A stretch of 64,000 bases of DNA. Origin: a virus (taxonomy: Duplodnaviria > Heunggongvirae > Uroviricota > Caudoviricetes). Numbering within the stretch: position 1 is the stretch's first letter; each line of letters opens with the position of its first letter. The stretch lies in the IMG/VR virus record IMGVR_UViG_3300047445_000122; one strand, given 5' to 3'. The position numbers were made by a program, and so were the translations under genes. The notes beneath the pieces were generated by a model. That model did no database searches and had not been told where the DNA came from. It saw nothing but the letters and a program-made list of their open reading frames with translations. Of this stretch, positions 36,768 to 45,104 are shown one piece after another.

Positions 36768-36788
36768 CCTGTTGAAGTCTGTGGAATC

Positions 36789-36850
36789 TGGGAGGCGATA
36801 TTGCTTCCCAATATCAAGAATTATACTGGAACTAGATCAAAAGTAAAGTG
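36789..36850 (-). promoter_or_regulatory. Early promoter + leader hairpin (cassette D)
   Basis: Loop GCAATATCGC 36795-36804 in TGGGA/TCCCA stem. Confidence 0.8.
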
Positions 36851-36959
36851 ATTTTAGTAACTTTTCAGAAAATATTTTTGACTCCACTTCCCCTGCGGTC
36901 TGGGCACATCATTTGGTTTGTATATTGGAAACTCCCGGCCTGGACCGGGAGCGCTTGTA

Positions 36960-37256
36960 TTAGTGGCCTTGCTTTTGGGCCCAGGCCAGAGCCTTATTCA
37001 ACTCAGCCTTGAGTTTCTTCGCGGTCTCCCCGCCCTTCCTCCAGAACTGAAAGTTGGTGGAAGCGTAGGCAGCAACGGTCACAGCACTGTCGGCCTTGTA
37101 CTTGCCATCCCAAGAAGGAATCAAGGCCAGGGCTTCCACGTAGTGCATCATGTGGACGATGTTGGGGTCAGACTCCGTTTGGGCAGCGACGGCTGCGCGG
37201 ATGTCGTTCGCAATCTCCATTGGAGTGCGAGGTGTGAAGTTGGAATTTCTAGTCAT
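36960..37256 (-). CDS. Early ORFan
   Basis: TAGGAAC SD; strong codon bias. Confidence 0.75.
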   Translation of the reverse strand: MTRNSNFTPRTPMEIANDIRAAVAAQTESDPNIVHMMHYVEALALIPSWDGKYKADSAVTVAAYASTNFQFWRKGGETAKKLKAELNKALAWAQKQGH

Positions 37257-37308
37257 GTTGTAGTTCCTATCAGGATTGAGAGAAGCCCCCGGAGGGGCTT
37301 GGTGCTAC

Positions 37309-37593
37309 TTACGCTGGAACGTGTTCAACTGCGAAGTCGTCTGCGTCATGGCGATTGTTAGCCAGGGTGTGAACTACCTTGGCCGACAAGCTCTTGTTTT
37401 TGTTCACGATTGGCGGCTCACCACCGAACGGGAACAGGTTGAACTCACCGCTCCAGATTTCCTTCCCTTCCTTCAGGAAGGTGATGCGAGCCTTGTCGCC
37501 TGGAGACATGGAGGTCTCGCGGATTTCGTTCACACGCTTCGCAACCAGGTAAAGGTTGATGACGCCGAACGGGGTTTTGATGCTATTGCTCAT
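37309..37593 (-). CDS. Early ORFan
   Basis: TAGGAAAC SD; own cassette. Confidence 0.75.
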   Translation of the reverse strand: MSNSIKTPFGVINLYLVAKRVNEIRETSMSPGDKARITFLKEGKEIWSGEFNLFPFGGEPPIVNKNKSLSAKVVHTLANNRHDADDFAVEHVPA

Positions 37594-37611
37594 TTTGTAG
37601 TTTCCTATCAG

Positions 37612-37683
37612 TTGATATCGGAGGCGGGATTGCCTAACCGATATCAAGTATTATAGACCACGATATTGAGAAAGTAAAGTGGT
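37612..37683 (-). promoter_or_regulatory. Early promoter + leader hairpin (cassette E)
   Basis: TTGATATCGG/CCGATATCAA stem around GCAATCCCGC 37624-37633. Confidence 0.85.
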
Positions 37684-37722
37684 AGATACGAAAAAGCCCT
37701 GAATTTCTCCGGGGCTTGTATT

Positions 37723-38064
37723 TTACAGAGGATTCATCAGCTTCAGGAAGTCGCGGTATGCGAGTTTCAGGGACGTTTCCCAATCCCTCACTTCCCAAGG
37801 GACGGACATGTAAGTGCTCATATCCACGCCGTTGACCTTCAACTTGGTTTCGTCAGGAGTGGTATCAGCCATGTTCTGCGGGCAGGTGTACTTGATGTCG
37901 ATCACATCGCCGTTGGACATGGTGACTTTGATCTCACCCCGGAAGGTCTGTGCGTAACCTTCCATCTTGACTGGTACAATTTGTTCGTTGGCGAGGGCTT
38001 CCAGCAAACGGTCGATCATGCCGAGGTCTTCTGCTTCGTCACCCAAGTTGAAGTTGTTGCTCAT
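37723..38064 (-). CDS. Early ORFan
   Basis: TAGGAAC SD; own cassette. Confidence 0.75.
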   Translation of the reverse strand: MSNNFNLGDEAEDLGMIDRLLEALANEQIVPVKMEGYAQTFRGEIKVTMSNGDVIDIKYTCPQNMADTTPDETKLKVNGVDMSTYMSVPWEVRDWETSLKLAYRDFLKLMNPL

Positions 38065-38083
38065 GATGTAGTTCCTATCAAAT

Positions 38084-38148
38084 TCGGGAGCGGGATTGCT
38101 CGACCGATACAGATATTATATTGGGATGAACTTGAGGAGTAAAGTGGG
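38084..38148 (-). promoter_or_regulatory. Early promoter + leader hairpin (cassette F)
   Basis: TCGG..GAGC AATCCC GCTC CCGA; loop 38090-38099. Confidence 0.85.
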
Positions 38149-38184
38149 AAACCAAAAATAATCCGCACATTTCGTTTTTCACAG

Positions 38185-38294
38185 AAATGTCAATATTGAA
38201 AACTTGAGATTAGAGCCAATTTAAGCCACTCAGATGGCCGCAACTTGATCACACCCTGAATTGGAATAGGGCCACAGGCAGTCAGAATCCACCT
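38185..38294. repeat. Partner of the 34761-34833 element
   Basis: ACCCTGAATTGGAATAGGGCCA 38253-38274; GAATCCACCT 38285-38294. Confidence 0.7.
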
Positions 38295-38349
38295 TCCCAT
38301 GCTCTGACAATATAACAATTCACAGGGCGAAGCCCGTCCAATTCCAGGG

Positions 38350-38640
38350 TAGGTGAGGTGATGGGCAAAACTAGCCCAGCAAATCATCCCCAGTCAGGTT
38401 CAGATTCGCTGAATAGTTCTACCCTTCCAGTGCAGGAGCCGGTTCAGGGAAGTGAGCGCCGGGACAAGCCTCACTCTTCATCGACAAAAGACCAATGTTC
38501 CTTGGCCCCAACGCCGCTCGATGCACCACATTAAAGCGATACTAGCACGGCACTCCCCTTTGGTTGATCCTAGGTAAGGGAGCATTCAGGTACTGCACGA
38601 TAGCGCCTCGTCTTGTTGATACCAACACTATCGAACCCGG
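38350..38640 (-). ncRNA. Candidate structured non-coding RNA (family unknown)
   Basis: TATAAT at 38642-38647 on minus strand; several helices with sense-strand G-U pairs; no ORF with SD. Confidence 0.35.
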
Positions 38641-38753
38641 TATTATATAGCACATTCACTCCGAAGGGAAGTTGTGGTTGATAGTCAACCCTCAATTAGT
38701 CAATCAGGCCCAACACTAGGTATGATACGTGGATCCAATTTGAAAGGATGTAG

Positions 38754-40619
38754 ATGACTACAGTACAAGATGTAAGCAAATTCAAGATGCTCACGGACAT
38801 TGAGCACGTTCTCCTTCGTCCGGGGAGGTATCTGGGAAGCACGACCACGGTTGAAGAGCTCACCTGGTCGATTGTGGGAGGAAAGGTTGAAGAGCGCCGC
38901 CTGTCGATCAATCCAGCCTTTAATAAGCTGTTCGATGAGATCATCAGTAACTCTGCCGACCACGCCAAGCGCCCGGAAGGGAAGCACCTCAACAAGATCG
39001 AGGTCAGCGTCAACAAGATCATGGGCACGATCTGCGTGAAGGATAACGGGGGCATCCCAGTCCTGAAGCACCCGGACACTGGTCTGTGGATTCCTGATAT
39101 GATCTTCGGCCACCTGCGTTCCGGCTCGAACTTCGATGACAGTGAAGACTCCACAGGAACCGGCCAGAATGGTGAAGGCTCCTCGCTGGTGAACATCTTC
39201 TCAACCTTCTTCCGTGTGGACACCGGTGATGGTAAGAACCACTACAGCATCGTGTATGAAAACAACCTGACGGTGCGAGGCAAGGAAGAGATCACCCCGG
39301 CGTCAGGAGCAAGTTTCACGGCCATCACCTATGTACCAGACTTCACCCGCTTGGGGATGACTGGATTGACTGATGATGCCGTGCTCTTGATCGAGCGCCG
39401 CTGCTATGAGATCGCAGCCACGAATCCTAACATCCAGGTGTCGTTCAACGGCCAGCTGATCAAGGTGCGCTCCTTCAAGGACTTCGCCGCCCTGTTCAAC
39501 AAGGAGGTGGTGTTCCAATCCATCGACCGCTGGAATGTCGCCCTGATTCACTCCGTTGAAGGCTTCAAGCACTCCAGCTATGTGAACTCCACCAACACTT
39601 ACCAAGGCGGCACTCACATTGAGTACGTCATGGACAAGATCGTGGAAGGCATTCGTGAGCACATCGAGAAGAAAACCAAGCAGAAGATCAAGCCAAGTGA
39701 GATCAAGTCGCAGTTCCATCTGTTCCTGGACGCCACGATCAACAACCCACGCTACTCCTCCCAGACCAAGGAGAATCTGATCACGGTGGCCTCCAAGTAC
39801 GGCTCCCAGTTCGAGGTCACCGACAAGTTCATCAAGGACATCATCGCCAGCCCGATCATGAAGCGCATCCTGGAATGGGCAGAGCGCCGCAAGATTTTCG
39901 AGGAAGCGAAGGAAGCCCAGAAGGAAGTGGATGAAGCTCGCAAGGCTACCTTCCACCACATCGAGAAATACCACGGCGCGACAGAGAAAGACCGCTCCAA
40001 GTGCGTCCTGTTCGTGGCTGAGGGTGACTCCGCGTTGAAGCCTCTCCGCGCCGCCAAGAGTAGCCACCACGGTGTGTTTCCACTTCGTGGGAAGCCAGAC
40101 AACGTCTTCGGCCAGAGCATCAAGTCATTGACCAAGAAGAAGGAATTCCAAGACCTGCTCCAAATCATGGGTCTTGACTTGAGTGGCAATGTTGATCCTT
40201 CCGTCTTGCGCTATGGTGCGGGTATAATGGTGTCCACTGACGCTGACTTGGATGGTATTCATATCAGGGGTCTGTTGACTGTTGCCTTCCAGCGCTTCTG
40301 GCCGCAACTGATTGAGAAGGGTCTGTTGAAGTTCTTGAAGACTCCGATGATTATGTGCCGCCGTCCTGGTGAGATTCATGAATTCTTCAACGAGGAGGAG
40401 TTCAAGGCCTGGGAAGCAGTCCAGACCAAGAAATTCAACTTCAAGTACATCAAGGGTCTGGGTGGTCACGAGACTGCCGACATGGAGCGGTTCATGACTG
40501 ACCCGAAGTACACATACACTGTCCTGCCGTTGGACGCTACCGATCAAGAAATGCTGAACATGGCGTTTGATCCGAACCGCGCCGACGACCGCAAGACCTT
40601 CCTGGGAATTCACGCATGA
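38754..40619 (+). CDS. gp39: Type IIA topoisomerase large subunit (gp39+gp60 fused: ATPase + TOPRIM)
   Basis: EHVLLRP..Y.GS, EII.NS.D, DNG.GIP, SGSNF, GQNGEG, AEGDSA, PLRGK, DADLDGIHI, KGLG. Confidence 0.95.
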   Translation: MTTVQDVSKFKMLTDIEHVLLRPGRYLGSTTTVEELTWSIVGGKVEERRLSINPAFNKLFDEIISNSADHAKRPEGKHLNKIEVSVNKIMGTICVKDNGGIPVLKHPDTGLWIPDMIFGHLRSGSNFDDSEDSTGTGQNGEGSSLVNIFSTFFRVDTGDGKNHYSIVYENNLTVRGKEEITPASGASFTAITYVPDFTRLGMTGLTDDAVLLIERRCYEIAATNPNIQVSFNGQLIKVRSFKDFAALFNKEVVFQSIDRWNVALIHSVEGFKHSSYVNSTNTYQGGTHIEYVMDKIVEGIREHIEKKTKQKIKPSEIKSQFHLFLDATINNPRYSSQTKENLITVASKYGSQFEVTDKFIKDIIASPIMKRILEWAERRKIFEEAKEAQKEVDEARKATFHHIEKYHGATEKDRSKCVLFVAEGDSALKPLRAAKSSHHGVFPLRGKPDNVFGQSIKSLTKKKEFQDLLQIMGLDLSGNVDPSVLRYGAGIMVSTDADLDGIHIRGLLTVAFQRFWPQLIEKGLLKFLKTPMIMCRRPGEIHEFFNEEEFKAWEAVQTKKFNFKYIKGLGGHETADMERFMTDPKYTYTVLPLDATDQEMLNMAFDPNRADDRKTFLGIHA

Positions 40620-41944
40620 ACCAAATCAAGATCGAAACTCACATCAAAGAAGACCACCGTGAGTACGCCAAGTATGACAATGAGCGCAACATTCCTCACA
40701 TTGCGGATGGTTTGAAGACGGCACAACGCAAGATCATCGACACGGTGATCCATACCGTCAAGGCCGGGGACAAGGAGGTGAAGGTGGCCAACATCGGCTC
40801 CCGCGCCTCCGACCGTACTCACTACCAACATGGTGAGGACTCCATCATTGACGCTGTGGTGAATCTGGCTCGTGACTTCCCCGGCTCCAACAACTACCCT
40901 CTGTTGTTGCGCCAGGGTCAGTTCGGGAACAAGCTGGACCACGACAACAGTGAGCCGCGCTACATCTTCATCAAGCGCCATGCTCACCTCGACAACGTCC
41001 TTGACAAGGATGATGCGCCAATCCTGACCCTCCAGACCTATGACGGGGATGACATTGAGCCAGCCTTCTTCCTGCCCAAGGTTCCTCTGTTGCTCGTGAA
41101 TGGCTCTCGCGGTGTTGGTAATGGCTACTCGGCACGAATCCTGCCGCGTTCCATGGAGTCGGTCAAGTCGGCCATCAGAGCCCACCTTAAAGGTCAGGAA
41201 TACACCTTGCCGCCGTCCTTCAACGGCTTCACAGGCAAGATCATTCAAAAGGGTAGCCAGTACCAGATCACAGGGACGTTCGAGAAGGTCAGCCGCACCT
41301 CTCTGAAGATCACTGACCTGCCGCCTGACTCGACATATCAATACGAGCAGTACAAGAACAGGACTCTGTTGAAGTTGCTGGACAACAAGGAGATTCGTTC
41401 CATCAGCGATGACTCGAAAGAGGATCAGTGGAACATTCTCCTGGAAGCGCCACAGGCCTTCTGCTCCATGGACCACGACAAGCTGGTAGCGAAGCTGGGC
41501 TTGACTCTGTCTCTGACCGAGACTCTGAACTGTTGGGGTTGGGATGGCAAGATCCACATGTTCGACACTGTCCAAGAGCTGCTGGGATATTGGATTGAAG
41601 GTCGCCTGGTGTACCTGGAGAAGCGCCGCCTGAGCAAGATCGAACGTCTGGCGGCTGATGCTACTTGGCTTGATGTCAAGCGCCGCTTCATCAGCATGTG
41701 GAACGCAGACAGCCAGACTCTGGTAACCCTGAAGAAGGATGGTCTGTATAGAGCAATCAAGCTTGCTTTGTCTGTGGATGATGAGACGGTCGCCCGCCTC
41801 CTGTCTTCCAACATCATGTCCCTGACCTCGACACAAGTTGAGGAGTTGGACAAGCAGATCAAGGAGATCAACGCCAAGATCGACTCCCTCAAGACCACCA
41901 CTCCCCAAGCTATGATGTTGACCGACATCGACAGCGTGAAGTAA
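40616..41944 (+). CDS. gp52: Type IIA topoisomerase medium subunit (gp52)
   Basis: IPHIADGLK..QRK, YQHGE.S, EPRYI (catalytic Tyr), EPAFFLP.VP.LLVNG..G.GNGY. Confidence 0.95.
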   Translation: MNQIKIETHIKEDHREYAKYDNERNIPHIADGLKTAQRKIIDTVIHTVKAGDKEVKVANIGSRASDRTHYQHGEDSIIDAVVNLARDFPGSNNYPLLLRQGQFGNKLDHDNSEPRYIFIKRHAHLDNVLDKDDAPILTLQTYDGDDIEPAFFLPKVPLLLVNGSRGVGNGYSARILPRSMESVKSAIRAHLKGQEYTLPPSFNGFTGKIIQKGSQYQITGTFEKVSRTSLKITDLPPDSTYQYEQYKNRTLLKLLDNKEIRSISDDSKEDQWNILLEAPQAFCSMDHDKLVAKLGLTLSLTETLNCWGWDGKIHMFDTVQELLGYWIEGRLVYLEKRRLSKIERLAADATWLDVKRRFISMWNADSQTLVTLKKDGLYRAIKLALSVDDETVARLLSSNIMSLTSTQVEELDKQIKEINAKIDSLKTTTPQAMMLTDIDSVK

Positions 41945-41950
41945 TCAACT

Positions 41951-41981
41951 GCCCCTGGTTCGCGCCAGGGGCTTTTCTTTT
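41951..41981 (+). terminator. Intrinsic terminator
   Basis: GCCCCTGG/CCAGGGGC + T tract. Confidence 0.85.
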
Positions 41982-42031
41982 TCCGTCAACGCCAGTTATA
42001 CTTCGGTTTCTCATCCACTACAGACCATATC

Positions 42032-42559
42032 ATGAAGATGCTGAACCACCGCATGATCAAGAAGCCTCCCCGCCCAGGCTACGTCCACCATCAGATGATC
42101 CCTCTGATGGAAGGAGTTGCTGCTATTCTGGACTCGATGCATGAACCAGAGAAGGCAACCCGCCATCCGGTTGGCGACTACACCGTCCACACTACCAGTC
42201 TGCGCCTCCGCACGTTCGCTGTGAAGGGTACGCGCTGCTACATCTGCGGGGCTGAAGCAACTCAATTCTCCATCGACAGTCAAAGTCACAACAACCAGAA
42301 CAACAAGAACTGGTCGCCGCACATGAACCTTTGGGGCGTGCGCAAGGACGGTTCCGCGCTCTTGTTCACCCACGATCACATTATCGACCGGGCGAAGGGC
42401 GGCAAGGACAGTCTGGAGAATGCGGAGCCATGCTGCATCGATTGCAACGGCGCCAAGAACAACTATGAAAACGCACATATTGCCATTCCTCCGAAGGGCA
42501 TGGACAAGGGTGCTCGCGTGGAGAAGATCAACGGTGTGTTCGTCAGGACTGATCTGTAA
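42032..42559 (+). CDS. HNH-motif protein
   Basis: CYICG...THDHII..AKGG.D..EN....C..CN..K. Confidence 0.8.
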   Translation: MKMLNHRMIKKPPRPGYVHHQMIPLMEGVAAILDSMHEPEKATRHPVGDYTVHTTSLRLRTFAVKGTRCYICGAEATQFSIDSQSHNNQNNKNWSPHMNLWGVRKDGSALLFTHDHIIDRAKGGKDSLENAEPCCIDCNGAKNNYENAHIAIPPKGMDKGARVEKINGVFVRTDL

Positions 42560-42906
42560 TGGCTGTCTACGTTGACGACATGGAGGCTCAATTCGGTCGC
42601 ATGAAGATGTGTCACATGATAGCCGACTCCGATGAGGAGTTGCACGCCATGGCCCAGAAGATTGGTGTCCAGCGCAAGTGGCACCAAGCTCCTCCGAAGC
42701 ACGACAGCCACTATGATATCTGCCTGTCCAAGAAGGCGGCTGCTATCGCTGCCGGGGCGATCCCGATCACGTACCGCCAGTGCGGTGCCATGAACACACG
42801 TCGCAAAGTTGAAGGAACCCTGGGAAATCCTGAGGAAGCCTTGACTTGGCGCGAGACCTATCGCAAGAAACTTCAAGTATTCAGAGGTGAAACATGTGTG
42901 GAATGA
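42559..42906 (+). CDS. DUF4031-family protein
   Basis: MAVYVD...CHMIADS.EELHAMA..IG..R.W.Q...HYD......A...GA. Confidence 0.85.
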   Translation: MAVYVDDMEAQFGRMKMCHMIADSDEELHAMAQKIGVQRKWHQAPPKHDSHYDICLSKKAAAIAAGAIPITYRQCGAMNTRRKVEGTLGNPEEALTWRETYRKKLQVFRGETCVE

Positions 42907-43328
42907 CCAAGAAGGAGCGCCGTGCCCTCAATCAAGGCATGACCAAGAAGGAATATGCTGAGATGAGGAAGCGCCACCGCAAGTGGCCTCTGGGGACTGT
43001 CGTGATCGTTGATACGCCGACCGGGAAGCGCATGGCCTCCATCAGCCGCCATATGCGACAGGAAGGGAACCGTGCTCAAGCTGATGTGACCTTCCCTGAG
43101 TGTATTGATCTGGGTACGGCCAACGGTTATCGCCTCTCCCACCCAATCCCATTCCGCTGTATGAAGAAGGCCACCGTGCTGGCCGGAATCTCGTACTGGT
43201 ACAACGAACTGGGATGGTTACAACTCAACCAAGAACGCAACCGCCTCCAGATCATGGTAGCCCAAGACAACCTCAAGCGCTACCGCAACGCCCTGTTCAC
43301 AGGCACAACACTCGCAAAGTGGGATTAA
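42894..43328 (+). CDS. Hypothetical protein
   Basis: Coupled; GAGG SD. Confidence 0.65.
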   Translation: MCGMTKKERRALNQGMTKKEYAEMRKRHRKWPLGTVVIVDTPTGKRMASISRHMRQEGNRAQADVTFPECIDLGTANGYRLSHPIPFRCMKKATVLAGISYWYNELGWLQLNQERNRLQIMVAQDNLKRYRNALFTGTTLAKWD

Positions 43329-43329
43329 C

Positions 43330-43884
43330 ATGACTCAAAAACAATCCTGGGAGAACGCCTGGCCCTATCCCCTCCCGACCGGCATCACGCGCTTCATGGT
43401 CCATGCCCTCGTTGAGCGCCCGATCTATCAAGCCATCTGTAAGCAATACCAGAAGATGGCTGAACGCGGCTGGGACAAGATGTACTGGGCTATCGACCTC
43501 CATGAGACCCTGATCAAGCCCTCCTACAAGGCTGATCGCGCAATGGACGCTGAGCTGTATCCCTACGTGCCTGAGCTCCTGTCGGAGTTGATGAGTTACC
43601 CGGAGAACCATGTCATTCTGTGGTCCAGTCTCAAGATTGAAGGGCCAACAGGCATGATCGCCCACAAGAAATCACTGTTCTCGATGGAACAGTGGGTGCG
43701 CGTGCACTACAATGAGAACCCACTTGAGAAGAACACTGAGTATGCTGACTTCAGCAGCAAGTTCTACTTCAATGTCTTGTTGGATGACAAGGCCGGGTTC
43801 GATCCGAAGGTTGACATCAACGCAGTGCGCTTGGCCATCCACCACTGCCGCCCTGTCTACAAACTACAAGTGGAGAAACAATAA
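43330..43884 (+). CDS. HAD-like protein
   Basis: AIDLHETL, ILWSS, LLDDKAG. Confidence 0.65.
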   Translation: MTQKQSWENAWPYPLPTGITRFMVHALVERPIYQAICKQYQKMAERGWDKMYWAIDLHETLIKPSYKADRAMDAELYPYVPELLSELMSYPENHVILWSSLKIEGPTGMIAHKKSLFSMEQWVRVHYNENPLEKNTEYADFSSKFYFNVLLDDKAGFDPKVDINAVRLAIHHCRPVYKLQVEKQ

Positions 43885-44270
43885 TGCGGTTTCGCACATT
43901 CAACCCAAAACAGCGCCTCAAGGAGGTCCAGAAGGTCGCTGGTATCCGTTGCTTCGCTTGGCTCCCGGTTGCACACTCCAACGGATGGATCTGGCTTGAG
44001 CACTACTACAAGGTTGATGAGGGCTTCACGATCCTTGGGGATGATGACGTCATCTTCTACACTACAGGGTTGACGAAGCGCCTCTATCCAGAGGAGTATG
44101 TCAAGTACAAACACAACCCACTGAACCTAAAGCCTGTCGACAACCATACCCATAACGTGATTTGGGATGTCCTCGCCGGTCGCAATCCTCTCACCCTCCG
44201 GGAGTGGGTTGCTCGATACGGTTCGGGACAGTCGCTTCCAGCCGGCAATGGAGACTGGGAGGAGTTCTAA
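43884..44270 (+). CDS. Hypothetical protein
   Basis: RCFAWLPV...WIWLE.Y motif; coupled. Confidence 0.7.
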   Translation: MRFRTFNPKQRLKEVQKVAGIRCFAWLPVAHSNGWIWLEHYYKVDEGFTILGDDDVIFYTTGLTKRLYPEEYVKYKHNPLNLKPVDNHTHNVIWDVLAGRNPLTLREWVARYGSGQSLPAGNGDWEEF

Positions 44271-44273
44271 ATA
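44267..44273 (+). promoter_or_regulatory. Late promoter
   Basis: CTAAATA overlapping upstream stop, 27 nt before ATG 44300. Confidence 0.6.
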
Positions 44274-44299
44274 GGTTGTCTACAATAAGGATAACCGCC

Positions 44300-44800
44300 A
44301 TGTCAACTTCAACAATCGCAGCAGACTTCCTCAATAATTTCCTGGTTCGCCGTCTGGTCACTGATCAGGCAGCGGACATCCAGGTCAACATGATCAAGGC
44401 TCCGTGTGGCCACCTCGGCATTACCCGGAGCCAGATGCCTCAGATTGCTGGTGAAGACCTCCCGGACTTCGAGCGCTACTTGGCGACCAAGGGCATCATC
44501 CTCAGGAAGAAGGTCATGCCCACCCGCAACTTGAAGTTGACTCAAAGTGAGTTCAACAAGCTCAAGGTGCTCAAGATCATGCGCAAGATTGGGGCAAGTC
44601 GCACCTTCGATCCGATCATCATCAGCAAGGACGGCTATGTGCTTGATGGTTCCCATCGATATCTTGCTGTTCACAACTCAAGAGCGGATGCCACCATGCC
44701 CACTCTCAAGGCGTCTGTGAACATTCGTGAGTTGCTTGATGCCGCCCGGAGCTATCCGAAAGTGACGTTCAGAACGTATTCCGACAACAAAGCTAGTTGA
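44300..44800 (+). CDS. ParB/Srx-like domain protein
   Basis: MPQI, L..TQSEF...KV, PIIISKDGYVLDGSHR; AAGGA SD. Confidence 0.8.
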   Translation: MSTSTIAADFLNNFLVRRLVTDQAADIQVNMIKAPCGHLGITRSQMPQIAGEDLPDFERYLATKGIILRKKVMPTRNLKLTQSEFNKLKVLKIMRKIGASRTFDPIIISKDGYVLDGSHRYLAVHNSRADATMPTLKASVNIRELLDAARSYPKVTFRTYSDNKAS

Positions 44801-44912
44801 CATCGGAGCTACCGAAAAGATAGTCACAGACCACAGCCTCAGGTACCAGCCTGGGGCTTTTTATTGTCTATCATTTTCACATCAACTGTTTTGGGAAAGT
44901 GAAAATTGAGGC

Positions 44913-44967
44913 CTGTCTAGGACAGACATAGCCTGGTGGTTTTCATTGACGCCACACCCTGGGTCAG
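44913..44967. repeat. Bipartite element, inverted copy of 12263-12316
   Basis: CTGTCTAGGACAG-N25-GCCACACCCTGGGTCAG. Confidence 0.65.
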
Positions 44968-45005
44968 ACTTGTCTTCTTGGTGGACGAAAAATATTTTTC
45001 CGAAA

Positions 45006-45038
45006 CCACTTTACTTCCTCAATTTCGTGGCGTATAAT
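45006..45038 (+). promoter_or_regulatory. Early promoter
   Basis: CCACTTTACT-N17-TATAAT. Confidence 0.85.
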
Positions 45039-45104
45039 TCGTTTCATCGGTTGAGAAATCAACTTGAGAAAAACACTAAACCCAAATTTGATAGGAGCTA
45101 CATT

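Noticed and set aside
35281-38148. CRISPR array interpretation of the repeated GTCTCGCGGAATTGCTCGAC units
   Set aside because: Spacing is 450-800 bp, the intervals are ORFs with promoters and terminators, the repeats diverge, and no cas genes are visible.
38600-38640. tRNA suggested by GGTTCGA on the minus strand
   Set aside because: No cloverleaf, D-arm or acceptor stem/CCA around it; no tRNA found anywhere in the window by eye.
38754-40619. T4 gene 60-type translational bypass or intein in topoisomerase
   Set aside because: The ATPase and TOPRIM motifs are in one continuous frame of normal length. No intein-like insertion was seen in primase, ligase or gp46 either.
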